DNA from: Simkaniaceae bacterium
GTDB taxonomy: Bacteria > Chlamydiota > Chlamydiia > Chlamydiales > Simkaniaceae
Direction: 5' to 3'
DNA length: 46,762 nt
NCBI GenBank assembly: GCA_050248615.1
Contig: JBFWSA010000016.1
Coordinates: forward strand, 1 to 46,762
Shown: positions 1 to 9,248 of the stretch, piece by piece
Layout of the letters: each line of letters begins with the position of its first letter
Numbering within the stretch: position 1 is the first letter of the stretch
Notes under the pieces: generated by a model
Told to the model about the DNA's origin: nothing
The model's database searches: none
Seen by the model: only the letters and a program-made list of their open reading frames with translations
Position numbers and translations under genes: made by a program

Positions 1-2
1 AA

Positions 3-1445
3 AAATCCCTTTCACCCACAAAACAACCAATTTTCCCCACAGAGGCTCTAGATACCCTCCTTGCACCTGATACTCTTATGGCAATGGTTCCTCGCACGGC
101 TCATTATCCCAATACACGAGCAATCGTATCAAAAAACCCCTGTCCCAGTAAAATTCGCTCTACTCAAGAACACTCCATCACAGCCCCAAAAGAGGCCCTC
201 CCCTCTCTAGCTACTGAAACAATAGAATCACAAGCCAAAGAGATCCTTGAGGATTATGATCAAGAAAACCGCCACTCGAGTGGCTTAGTGGCTCTTGCAA
301 GCCCCAAGCTAGATAAAAGCCTGGATAGTGGCGATTTCCATACGTTCAACCAAAATCATCGCCTGACCCAAGCTTTTCTTTCCGAAATCCCCTCTCCTTC
401 AAAACTTGAAACTGTTTCTTTTCAAAATGCATTCGAAACCGAGGTTCACTACACCCCTCGAGAAGATGGAAATGGCTATTATTTTGCCATTAAAATGAAA
501 CCCACTGAGCGTCTCTATTTCGAACCCCCTCCACAAAATATTATTTTTGTTATCGATGGTTCTAGCACTATTAAAAAAGAGCGCTTTAATACCTTTAAAG
601 AAGGAGTAATGCGCGCCCTTCCCTATCTTAATAAAGGGGATACTTTCAATATTCTCGTTGCTGATGCAGAACTAATCCCCATGAGTAAAACACCTATTTC
701 GTGGAATAAAGGGGCCAAAAGTGAAGCTCAGCGCTTTTTAGATGCGCGCACTTACAGAGGTTTCTTTATTAATTATGATGCTTTTCATCTGATCAACCAA
801 GTAACCCCCTACTTTGATAAAAACAAAGAAAACATTATTGTCCTGATCACGGACGGGAATTCCTTAAATTCCATTGCGCATCATAAAGGAGATCTCCAAC
901 AACTCGCTCAGATGAACAAGGGCAATGTTTCGATCTTCACCGCCTCTGCTAGCCAAAATAACAATCTCTCCATGTTAGACTTAGTCACTACGTTTAACAA
1001 TGGAGAAACCATGTATGCAAAAACTAACATCTCCTTCCCTCGAAAACTCGCGGTGCTCGTCAAACATATTGGACATTTTGTGGCGAAAGATATTCACATT
1101 CAAATTGCAAGTAAAAGCAAAGACTCTGGAGTGGAGTTTTTCCCCAATGAACAAACCCTCCCATCCCTTTATTCCGATACCCCTTATATGGTTTATGGAA
1201 CCATAAAAGAATTAAAAGGGTTTGATCTCGTACTACAGGGAAAAACAGGGGATCATTGGATCCATGTGAAACAACCCATCTCATTCGAAAACGCAGAAAA
1301 AGCATCCTATGCAATGAAACGAAACGTCGCCTTACAACAGGCTTATATTTGCTATGATTACTTTTTACAAAAGAACGATCCCTATTTTCTAAAAGAAGCA
1401 GAAACCTTTCTTGAACCTTACTCGATTCCCACTGTCGTTCGATGA
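3..1445 (+). CDS. VWA-domain protein (VIT/VWA-like), 5'-truncated by the window edge
   Basis: MIDAS-like motif IFVIDGSSTI and VLITDG. The frame is open from position 3 to the ORF-track ATG at 78, so the true start probably lies upstream of the window. Confidence 0.75.
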   Translation, partial: KSLSPTKQPIFPTEALDTLLAPDTLMAMVPRTAHYPNTRAIVSKNPCPSKIRSTQEHSITAPKEALPSLATETIESQAKEILEDYDQENRHSSGLVALASPKLDKSLDSGDFHTFNQNHRLTQAFLSEIPSPSKLETVSFQNAFETEVHYTPREDGNGYYFAIKMKPTERLYFEPPPQNIIFVIDGSSTIKKERFNTFKEGVMRALPYLNKGDTFNILVADAELIPMSKTPISWNKGAKSEAQRFLDARTYRGFFINYDAFHLINQVTPYFDKNKENIIVLITDGNSLNSIAHHKGDLQQLAQMNKGNVSIFTASASQNNNLSMLDLVTTFNNGETMYAKTNISFPRKLAVLVKHIGHFVAKDIHIQIASKSKDSGVEFFPNEQTLPSLYSDTPYMVYGTIKELKGFDLVLQGKTGDHWIHVKQPISFENAEKASYAMKRNVALQQAYICYDYFLQKNDPYFLKEAETFLEPYSIPTVVR

Positions 1446-1984
1446 GAATTACAGGAGGATTCCTCAAAAATCACTCCCTCCAATCCCCCAAGGGACTTAA
1501 GACACGTCCTACTTCAGAAAAACTCAGGCAAGCTATCTTCAATATTTGCCAACACCAAATCGAAAAAGCCCATTTTCTAGACCTGTTTGCAGGGAGTGGT
1601 GCCATGGGCATTGAAGCACTGAGTCGGGGGGCCTCTTCTGCTACATTTATTGAAAACGATCGCTCTGCACTCAAAGCCATTCGCGAAAACCTAAATGCTT
1701 TAGATCTATCTCCTTTAGCCACAGTCTTAGCTGGAGATGTTTTAGAAACAGTCAAAACCCTTAAAGGGAAAACCTTTGACTTGATCTATATAGATCCCCC
1801 TTATGAAAAAGGTCTCCCTATCCAAACGCTTCATCTAATTGATACCTTCCAACTATTATCCCCCTCAGGGATTCTTTTCGTTGAAGAGCGCTCATTAGAG
1901 TCCATCTCTCTAATACATTTAGAATTAAAAAAGAAAAGGAAGGCGGGAAGCACCTTCCTTTATGAGTTTATTTCGAAACTTTAA
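1442..1984 (+). CDS. rsmD: 16S rRNA (guanine966-N2)-methyltransferase
   Basis: MRITGG...TRPTSEKLRQAIFN, LDLFAGSGAMGIEALSRGA, IDPPY. ATGA overlap with the upstream gene. Confidence 0.95.
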   Translation: MRITGGFLKNHSLQSPKGLKTRPTSEKLRQAIFNICQHQIEKAHFLDLFAGSGAMGIEALSRGASSATFIENDRSALKAIRENLNALDLSPLATVLAGDVLETVKTLKGKTFDLIYIDPPYEKGLPIQTLHLIDTFQLLSPSGILFVEERSLESISLIHLELKKKRKAGSTFLYEFISKL

Positions 1985-4589
1985 CGCCGTTTTGATAAAG
2001 CGTTTCTGTTATTTTCCCATCGGGATCATAACTCTTTTTGACACCGTCAAGTTTTCCCTCAACAAAAAACTGCTCGAGTCGAGGCTTTCCATTGTCATAA
2101 TACTTCTTAAACTTACCGTCTTGAATACCGTTTTTATAATCTGCTTCAAAGATTAATAGGCCCGACTCGTTCCAATGCTTTGCTGTCCCTTCCAGCTTCC
2201 CCTCTTTATAACAATAGACACTCGTCAAACGTCCATCTTCAAAGTAGGTCTTTTCTTCCCCTTCTTTCTGATCCTTCTTAAATTCAACGTATTTATAAAG
2301 CTGACCATTGGGGTAGTATTGATAAGAAGGACCCTCTCTTAGATCCTTTTTAAAGCTCAGGCGAATGGCTGTACGCCCTCCTCTATGATAGAGCTCAGCA
2401 TCCCCATCTTTCATCCCTTCTCTATAAGTTGTTACACTGATCTTAGCTCCCGATGGATCATATTCAATAGCTTCGCCATGAAGTTTGTTATTCTTATAGG
2501 AAGCTTCAATGGCCTTTACTTTTTCTCCCTCAGTCACATCTTCGGGATAGTAAACATAATGGGGACCTTCACGCTTATTGTTCTTATAGTGATAAACAAT
2601 CTCGCGTCCCTCTTGATCTTTTTCGAAATGGCGCCCTTCAAGTTTGCCATTCACATATTTCGACTCTTCAAGTAGGTTCCCCTTTTCATCCCAGAGCCCT
2701 TTTAAACCGTGTAAGACGCCATTATCATAACAGAGCAGGGTCTTTGTTACCCCTGTAGGATAAAAGGTCTTCTGTTCGCCATGCAGCTCTCCCTTTTCGT
2801 TAAAGTGATAGAGATTTGCAATCGCAATGGTAGAACGTTCATCTGGAGGGAAAAAATCTTTTTGTAACCCAACTTGTTTTCCTCCTTGAAAATTGCGAAT
2901 AAAAGCTTCACTTCCATCGCTATAATACCCTAAAGATTCTCCTTCTAATAGATCATTTTTGTAGGTTTCAGAAAGCTTTAACTTCCCATTTTCATAATAA
3001 AGCTCATGTTTCCCTTCCTTTTTTCCATCTAAAAAATGAAAGGTTTCGATTTTCTTTCCTGAATCATAGTAAGCAACATGGGTTCCAATCGGTTTATCCT
3101 GATCAAAAGCTCCTTCGAAAAGGAGTTGTCCTTTTTCATTCCAACTGCGAATCGTTCCATCCTTTTTCCCTTCATCATAACGTGCTTCAAGGCGAGGAGT
3201 CCCGTCTTCATACCATTCCTTTTGATCTCCATGAAAAAGGGAGTGCTTAAAAAACTTACGCATTTTTACCTGGCCATTGGGATACCAATCTGTAAAGGCA
3301 CCTTCTTTATTGCCCTCGTTAAACATCCCTTCAAATGCTAACGAACCCTTTTCATACCATTCTTGGAAAAGACCATCGCGTTGCTGATTTTTATAGAGGC
3401 CTTGGAACTTGATTTGCCCCCCTTCAAAAAACTGCTTCTGCTCTCCTTCGAACTCTCCATGTACATAAAAGCAATCGGCTCTCAGCTGACCATTGGGATA
3501 CCAAGACTGAAAATGCCCCTCAAATTTTCCTTCATCATCCTTCTTATATTCAGCAGTTTTTTGACCATTTTCATCGAATTCTCGAATGGGTTCTTTTAAG
3601 TGGCCTTTCTTGTCATATGTCGCCATATAGGAGAGGGTACCATTAGGATGTTTTTTCCAATGTTTACCTATGTTTTTCCCTTGTTCATATTCACTCTCTC
3701 CAATCAGCTTACCATCAGAGTTAAACCACTGCTCTTTGCCGTGTTTTTTCCCATCGACATAGCTTACATGGTAACTTTGTCTTTCATTGGGGTGATACTG
3801 AATATGATCACCTGAAGGCTTCCCCTGATTAAAATCTTGTACTTCAACAATCGAGTGATTTTCATCATACTTTACAATCGCTGGCTGACTTCCTGTGGAT
3901 TGAAGCTTTCCTTGATGATAAAAAGAGCGCATTTTCTCATTCCCATTCTCATACCACTCAATCATCTTCCCATGGATCTCTCCATGAACATAAGGGACAA
4001 CCACTTCCCGCTGCCCATTTGCATAGTAGCGGATATAATCTCCCTCTAACTTCCCCTCTTTATAAACACCCTCAGCAGAAGTTTGGCCATTCTCATGGTA
4101 GGAGTAAATTTTCCCTTCAGGTTGCCCTTGTTTAAAGGTCGTCACATGATTAAGCTTTCCCTTAGGGTAAAAAACCTTCATAGGTCCATGCAAAAGACCG
4201 TGATCAAAATAAGCGATCCGTTCAATTTCACCCGTATCACGGAAACGGACACTCACCCCATGAGGAACAACGGTAGATTTCCAAAGCTCAAATCCTGGAT
4301 CAGACTCTGAAATCTGAATGAGATCAGACTCTTCAAACGGACGCCCGTTTTCATAGAAATGGATCCGCTTGACCGCCTCTTCACTTCCTGCATCATTTTC
4401 TGTATAAAAGAGGACCAACTTGGGAGAACCATTGGGAAATTGTTCATAAACTTGAGGACGCCATTCAGGCAATCGAGTTTTTAAGTCTGTTGCTACTGGA
4501 GTCACATGATTTTCTTGTGTTTCCTGTCCAAAAAGCATTACTGGAAAAAGTAATGCACTAAAAAGAAGTGTCTTTAACATGTCATTCAC
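1968..4589 (-). CDS. Large secreted MORN-variant repeat protein (YwqK-like repeats)
   Basis: Signal peptide (LLFSALLFPVMLFG) followed by many tandem ~24-aa repeats of the form G..hG....YY.NG. Confidence 0.85.
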   Translation of the reverse strand: MNDMLKTLLFSALLFPVMLFGQETQENHVTPVATDLKTRLPEWRPQVYEQFPNGSPKLVLFYTENDAGSEEAVKRIHFYENGRPFEESDLIQISESDPGFELWKSTVVPHGVSVRFRDTGEIERIAYFDHGLLHGPMKVFYPKGKLNHVTTFKQGQPEGKIYSYHENGQTSAEGVYKEGKLEGDYIRYYANGQREVVVPYVHGEIHGKMIEWYENGNEKMRSFYHQGKLQSTGSQPAIVKYDENHSIVEVQDFNQGKPSGDHIQYHPNERQSYHVSYVDGKKHGKEQWFNSDGKLIGESEYEQGKNIGKHWKKHPNGTLSYMATYDKKGHLKEPIREFDENGQKTAEYKKDDEGKFEGHFQSWYPNGQLRADCFYVHGEFEGEQKQFFEGGQIKFQGLYKNQQRDGLFQEWYEKGSLAFEGMFNEGNKEGAFTDWYPNGQVKMRKFFKHSLFHGDQKEWYEDGTPRLEARYDEGKKDGTIRSWNEKGQLLFEGAFDQDKPIGTHVAYYDSGKKIETFHFLDGKKEGKHELYYENGKLKLSETYKNDLLEGESLGYYSDGSEAFIRNFQGGKQVGLQKDFFPPDERSTIAIANLYHFNEKGELHGEQKTFYPTGVTKTLLCYDNGVLHGLKGLWDEKGNLLEESKYVNGKLEGRHFEKDQEGREIVYHYKNNKREGPHYVYYPEDVTEGEKVKAIEASYKNNKLHGEAIEYDPSGAKISVTTYREGMKDGDAELYHRGGRTAIRLSFKKDLREGPSYQYYPNGQLYKYVEFKKDQKEGEEKTYFEDGRLTSVYCYKEGKLEGTAKHWNESGLLIFEADYKNGIQDGKFKKYYDNGKPRLEQFFVEGKLDGVKKSYDPDGKITETLYQNGVKVSK

Positions 4590-4688
4590 CTAAGAAAATT
4601 TTTTTCCTATCATAACGTAAACAACAATACCCTTCAAATAAGAAGCGATTTTGTGAACCTATCCTAGAACTGAGGAAAAACAAACCAA

Positions 4689-4717
4689 TTGAAATTAACA
4701 TCAAATTAATGTATATT
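4689..4717 (+). promoter_or_regulatory. sigma66/sigma70-type promoter for the CPBP gene
   Basis: TTGAAA-17 nt-TATATT, 23 nt upstream of ATG 4741. Confidence 0.5.
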
Positions 4718-4740
4718 ATCTATAAAAAATATTTTTTACC

Positions 4741-5325
4741 ATGAATGTTTTAGTTAAAGATTATTTTATTTTCCCCACAGCTTTTAGTGCTGGATATGCC
4801 CTCCATTATCTCAATGGACAACTCCTTGAGCACACCCGAGACTATACCCATGCTGACCTCTATCAAGGAATTCCTGAAAATACGTACCGACAAAGATTTA
4901 TGGAACAATTGGCTAGAAATGCCCCTCCAGGATCCTCCATCCCCGCTTATGTCAAAACCCAAGCTCTTTATAATCTGATTAAAATGATGAGTTTTGCAAT
5001 CTTAGAAGAGATCGCCTTTCGCCATATCTTACAAAGGCGTTTTCTTCCCTCTCTTATTGAACGGATCACTACCCGCGGAATCATCCCCCTAGCTGTCACC
5101 CTCTCAGCAACCACTTTTTCTCTTCTCCATCTAGGGAACAAAGAAGCCCAAGATCCTTCTCAAAGAAAAGCTCTCGTGATTCACACGCTTATTCTTGGCC
5201 TGATCGCAGGGATGTCTCGGGAAAAGTTTTCCCTTCAAGCGGCTATCGCTCTCCACTTAGGCTACAATGCCCGAGCCTGGAAATGCACTTATTACAATCA
5301 CTTCCCTTCTCCTGAATTTGTTTGA
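4741..5325 (+). CDS. CPBP (CAAX protease/Abi) family intramembrane metalloprotease
   Basis: All three family motifs present: EEIAFR, FSLLH, ALHLGYN. Several hydrophobic helices. Confidence 0.85.
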   Translation: MNVLVKDYFIFPTAFSAGYALHYLNGQLLEHTRDYTHADLYQGIPENTYRQRFMEQLARNAPPGSSIPAYVKTQALYNLIKMMSFAILEEIAFRHILQRRFLPSLIERITTRGIIPLAVTLSATTFSLLHLGNKEAQDPSQRKALVIHTLILGLIAGMSREKFSLQAAIALHLGYNARAWKCTYYNHFPSPEFV

Positions 5326-5343
5326 GTACAAGAACCTATCCCA

Positions 5344-6342
5344 CTAATCCATTTTAAGGGGATTTTTTATTTGAATCGTTTTACCAGATACAGCATCCAG
5401 GAGGATATGATCTTCCTGTCTTAAGAGAGACAGCGTCTTAGTTACAAAATCTCCTTCAGAATAAAAATTAATAATGCGGTCTCTTTCTCTTTGAAAATTA
5501 GTTAATTGTTCATCGTAAAGAGAAAACAACTTAAACTCAGGAATTGCAAGATCAGAAATATCTAAATAAGCTTTATGTAAATTCCATCCATTTTTTTTGG
5601 AATCAATCACATATGATAACCTATTTATTTTTTCATCAGATTTTATACGAAAAAGAAGAGAGCTTTTTTCACCATATCCAAAAAGCAAGCCTGCCAAATA
5701 ATCAGAAGCAAAAACAGATTCCCAAAACTCTGAAATCCCCTGTTTCAACTCTTTTAAAACTTGCTCTGGAGAAAAGTCTCTTCCGGCAACTTTTTTAAAA
5801 TCATCATAATAACGATATAAATGATAAATGACTTCATTTACATTAACAAACAACCGACCAAAATTAGACTCTTTTTTAAGCAAAAAGAAATATCTATCCC
5901 CAGTATATTCTTCCCAATGCTCTTCCCAAAACTTCCAGAGTTCTTTCCAATGATAATCTGAAAAAAAGACATCTTCTTCCGAGTACTTTTTTTTCAGGTA
6001 CTGAGGTAATGTACGGTATTCTTTCTTTTTTATTTTTCTATACCTCTTTTGGGCTTCAGGAGGAAACTGAAAGAACTCTTTCATCTCTTTTTCTCTGTCT
6101 ATTTGGCCATCGCCTTCCAAAAATAACGTAATTGGCTTCACACCAAACAAAGTATAGGCTCCATGATTGCGAATCATCAAATGCCTTAATGTTTCATCTA
6201 AAAGAGCTTCTTCTTTTAACAATTCAGACGTGCTTGAATTAAACATCTTGAAAGAAAATATAAGGAAAAAAAATACTATAAATCCGACTGAAAAAAAGAT
6301 AAGGAATTTAACCCTAATAGGAAATGTTATGAAAAAGCTCAT
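5344..6342 (-). CDS. Hypothetical membrane-anchored protein
   Basis: 332-aa ORF with an N-terminal TM helix and motifs AYTLFGVKP and LAGLLFGYG. AT-rich. Start uncertain. Confidence 0.65.
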   Translation of the reverse strand: MSFFITFPIRVKFLIFFSVGFIVFFFLIFSFKMFNSSTSELLKEEALLDETLRHLMIRNHGAYTLFGVKPITLFLEGDGQIDREKEMKEFFQFPPEAQKRYRKIKKKEYRTLPQYLKKKYSEEDVFFSDYHWKELWKFWEEHWEEYTGDRYFFLLKKESNFGRLFVNVNEVIYHLYRYYDDFKKVAGRDFSPEQVLKELKQGISEFWESVFASDYLAGLLFGYGEKSSLLFRIKSDEKINRLSYVIDSKKNGWNLHKAYLDISDLAIPEFKLFSLYDEQLTNFQRERDRIINFYSEGDFVTKTLSLLRQEDHILLDAVSGKTIQIKNPLKMD

Positions 6343-6733
6343 CTGTCTTATTTGTATTTTTCTTTTAGGAAATGCTTAAATGTATAGTCATAATTATTTA
6401 GAAAATCAAAATTTATTGCAATTGTATGAATCAAATGACAGCAGCCTGATTGGACAAGAAGGAAACAAATTTTATCTAAATCCTGATAGAGTCTCGATTT
6501 CTCAAAGTGGAATGATCTACTTACACTCTGACCTATATGGTAATTTGCCTATTCCATTTTTATCTTATGATAATCATGGGCTACATACCATGGCTTTTTG
6601 TGTTTATATTTGTAACAACTGTGGTGCAAGCTATAGCTCTCAGCCTTCCTCTTGTACTAGAGTAATCAATCATAAAACAGGAGAACGCTGTGGAGGAACA
6701 AGCTTTACCGTGACAGGTATGTTGCCAGACTAG
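6329..6733 (+). pseudogene. Small secreted Cys-rich protein interrupted by an in-frame TAA (6377-6379) right after its signal peptide
   Basis: AGGA then ATG 6329 gives MKKLICLICIFLLGNA*, in frame with the 117-aa ORF 6380-6733, which carries CNNC...C...CGG. Confidence 0.6.
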
Positions 6734-6755
6734 CGGTCCTTTCATTAAATCTTTG

Positions 6756-6778
6756 GGGATGATTTCTATAATCATCCC
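6756..6778. terminator. Hairpin between convergent genes, possible terminator
   Basis: GGGATGATT-tctat-AATCATCCC, a perfect 9-bp stem. No strong U-tract. Confidence 0.4.
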
Positions 6779-6798
6779 TACACAGATTATGAGAGTGC

Positions 6799-7179
6799 TT
6801 AATACATCATAAAAGCTAACCAACTCATGGCGAGCCCCCAAACAACAGAAAGGAGTCCAAAGAAAACATAGGCGGTTTCTTGCATTTTGGACATTTTAAT
6901 CACTGCATTGGGGAGAAAGAAAACCAATAAAGCACGTATGAAAAGAAACCAGCCCAGTAAGGTAACAAGTAGCTCTAGATTGACTTCCCAAATATTATAG
7001 CTAGTAATAATAGCCAGTCCCAAAACAAGATTCACAACTCCTCCTAGATACAAAATGGCTGGAGTTTTTCGTACTGAATCGGCCACTTTTTTCACATTGT
7101 CTTGGTAGAGAAGGCTCCAAACTCCCATAATTACAAGGACGGGGCCAAAGATTTTTGCAAGGGCGACAGCTGCATGCAT
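6799..7179 (-). CDS. Small 4-TM membrane protein, function unknown
   Basis: 126 aa with four hydrophobic segments. AGGAG RBS upstream. Confidence 0.75.
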   Translation of the reverse strand: MHAAVALAKIFGPVLVIMGVWSLLYQDNVKKVADSVRKTPAILYLGGVVNLVLGLAIITSYNIWEVNLELLVTLLGWFLFIRALLVFFLPNAVIKMSKMQETAYVFFGLLSVVWGLAMSWLAFMMY

Positions 7180-7237
7180 AACGTTCTCCTATCAATAAGG
7201 TTTTTTTTTTTCACGCTATATGAAGGGAGAGTGGGGG

Positions 7238-7660
7238 TCAAGAGTTTTTTAGCTCGAGTGTCAGAGACCGATTTTTGAAATAGACTGTAAACTTATGCTC
7301 TTCTTTCATCCATCCTGATCCAGTAAAGGTTAAATCCAGATCCTTTTCTTTTAGCATTAAGTGGGGAATCAATATAGAAACGTCGAAGGTGCGGGGAATG
7401 GCAAGGGGTTCATCCGTTTCACGCCGCAAAAGTAGCCCTTTTTCAGTTTGCTTTACATGAAGCGTCATGTCTGCATGTGCAGCATTGGACAAACGACGTG
7501 TAAGATCAATCTCTTGTCGAAGCTGGGCAACGCCCTGACCAAACCGGTAGTGATCCAATAGGGGCCTTGTCTTAACAAGGACTAAGCTTCCAAGGAGTGC
7601 CAAAACACCGAGAGCTAGAAAGAGCTCAATTAAGGTAAAGTATTGTCTTCTTCGTCCCAA
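7238..7660 (-). CDS. Type II secretion minor pseudopilin (GspH-like)
   Basis: Prepilin-like N-terminus RRRQY-FTLIELFLALGVL. Directly follows the GspG-like gene. TTG start. Confidence 0.75.
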   Translation of the reverse strand: MGRRRQYFTLIELFLALGVLALLGSLVLVKTRPLLDHYRFGQGVAQLRQEIDLTRRLSNAAHADMTLHVKQTEKGLLLRRETDEPLAIPRTFDVSILIPHLMLKEKDLDLTFTGSGWMKEEHKFTVYFKNRSLTLELKNS

Positions 7661-8052
7661 GGATACTCAGGGGTGATACCTTTTTTTTCACAATAAGCAT
7701 TGTATTTTTCGGAAGTAAAACGCCACTCCGAATGCTCAGCATCATAGTCGAAAGCAAAAGGATTTCCCCAGCCATCTTCTAAGAGATCTTTACTCCGACG
7801 GACAAGATCAGATTGATTAAGGGTATTTTTAATGGCCTCATAAGGATTGTTGGCATCTTGTGGAACTCTATTTCCATTAGCCTCTTCAAGAAGGACGATT
7901 TCATAAAGTTTGCGAGCCGCCTCTTTGGTTTTAAAGGCTTTTCCTTGATCCAGACTGCCACGCATATTGTAACCAATCACACTTCCAATGATTCCAATGA
8001 TAAAGATCACGATCATGATCTCGAGTAGTGTCATTGTATATTTTTTTTTCAT
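7630..8052 (-). CDS. gspG: Type II secretion major pseudopilin (GspG-like)
   Basis: KKKYT-MTLLEIMIVIFIIGII and the GspG motif DGWGNPF. Downstream of gspF. Confidence 0.8.
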   Translation of the reverse strand: MKKKYTMTLLEIMIVIFIIGIIGSVIGYNMRGSLDQGKAFKTKEAARKLYEIVLLEEANGNRVPQDANNPYEAIKNTLNQSDLVRRSKDLLEDGWGNPFAFDYDAEHSEWRFTSEKYNAYCEKKGITPEYPWDEEDNTLP

Positions 8053-8062
8053 ACTTTTGCCT

Positions 8063-9247
8063 TTATTGAATAAACGAACTTACATCAGTTAAGGGTAATA
8101 AGATCGAAAGAAGGATAACAGCAACGATAATCCCAAGCAAGAGCAACATAACGGGTTGCAAAAGGGCTGTAAATCTTCCCAAACTTCTTTCAATATTTTC
8201 TTCATAAATGTTGGAGAGATGTCCCATCATCTCTGCAACACGTCCCGATTCTTCGGCAATAGAGAGCATCCGGACTACTAGAGAAGGAATCAAAGGACTC
8301 TTAGCCATTTCTTCGGAAAGACGCTTCCCTTCAATAATTTTCACCTCTGCTTCAGAGATCACTTTTTCTAAAGTAGGGTGTTTCATCACTTTTTTTGAGA
8401 GGCGTATGCATTCGAGCATGGGAACTCCTCCGTAGAAGAGAACGGAAAATACGCGGCAGAATCGAGCCATGACGATTTCAATGAAAAGCCGCTTGACAAA
8501 GGGAATAAAGAAAAAGGCCTGTTGAACTTTTTCCTTTCCCTTAGGATGTCTCAGGACAAAGAAAAAACAGAGGATAAAACCTCCAAGAGAGGTGAAAATA
8601 GAAAAAGCATGGGTATTTAACAGGTGACTTAGAGATAAAATGATTTGAGTCATGGGGTGAAGGTTGCGTCCCTCAAAGAGCTCTGCCATCGAAGGGATCA
8701 AGAAAAAGAGGAGAAGGACGACCACTCCTAGACAAAATACCCCAAGAAATGCGGGATAAATCAGGGCGCTCGACAGCTTTTTCTTTAAAGTGTGTTCGCG
8801 ATGAGTGAGTTTGGCTAATTCTTCGAAACTCTGCGTTAAAGTTCCTGATTCTTCTCCCGCTTTCACCATAGAGATATATACGGGATCAAAAACCCGGGGA
8901 TAATCTTTCAAGGCATCTGATAAGGGACGCCCTTGTTTGACTTGATCGCAAAAATCGAGAAATAGCGAGTGCATTTTCGTACGTCGGTACTTTTCTTCAA
9001 GGGTGTGCAAACAGTCATAGAGGGGAAGGCTTGCTTTTAAGAGGACATGTAAATCTCGTGTAAAACTAAGGAGTAAGGAAGGGGAGAGGGTGAGCTCATC
9101 ACTCTGTTTTTTGTAGGCAGTGAGTTTGGTGACTAAAATCTTTTGCTTACGAAGACGCTCTTTTGCCAATTCTAGGGAATCGGCATTGATCATCCCGACA
9201 TTCTTTCGCCCTTCTTCAGTCAATGCTGTGTATTGATAGAGTCCCAT
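8063..9247 (-). CDS. gspF: Type II secretion inner-membrane platform protein
   Basis: Motifs MVKAGEESGTL, ALIYP, IAEESG. Two T2SSF repeats. Confidence 0.95.
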   Translation of the reverse strand: MGLYQYTALTEEGRKNVGMINADSLELAKERLRKQKILVTKLTAYKKQSDELTLSPSLLLSFTRDLHVLLKASLPLYDCLHTLEEKYRRTKMHSLFLDFCDQVKQGRPLSDALKDYPRVFDPVYISMVKAGEESGTLTQSFEELAKLTHREHTLKKKLSSALIYPAFLGVFCLGVVVLLLFFLIPSMAELFEGRNLHPMTQIILSLSHLLNTHAFSIFTSLGGFILCFFFVLRHPKGKEKVQQAFFFIPFVKRLFIEIVMARFCRVFSVLFYGGVPMLECIRLSKKVMKHPTLEKVISEAEVKIIEGKRLSEEMAKSPLIPSLVVRMLSIAEESGRVAEMMGHLSNIYEENIERSLGRFTALLQPVMLLLLGIIVAVILLSILLPLTDVSSFIQ

Positions 9248-9248
9248 A

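Noticed and set aside
1968..4589. Toxin-antitoxin system (YwqK antitoxin label)
   Set aside because: No toxin gene is adjacent. The label would reflect repeat similarity only.
7200..7212. T13 homopolymer as a phase-variation tract
   Set aside because: Intergenic, just upstream of an RBS, with no evidence of a functional effect. It may be an ordinary A-rich leader.
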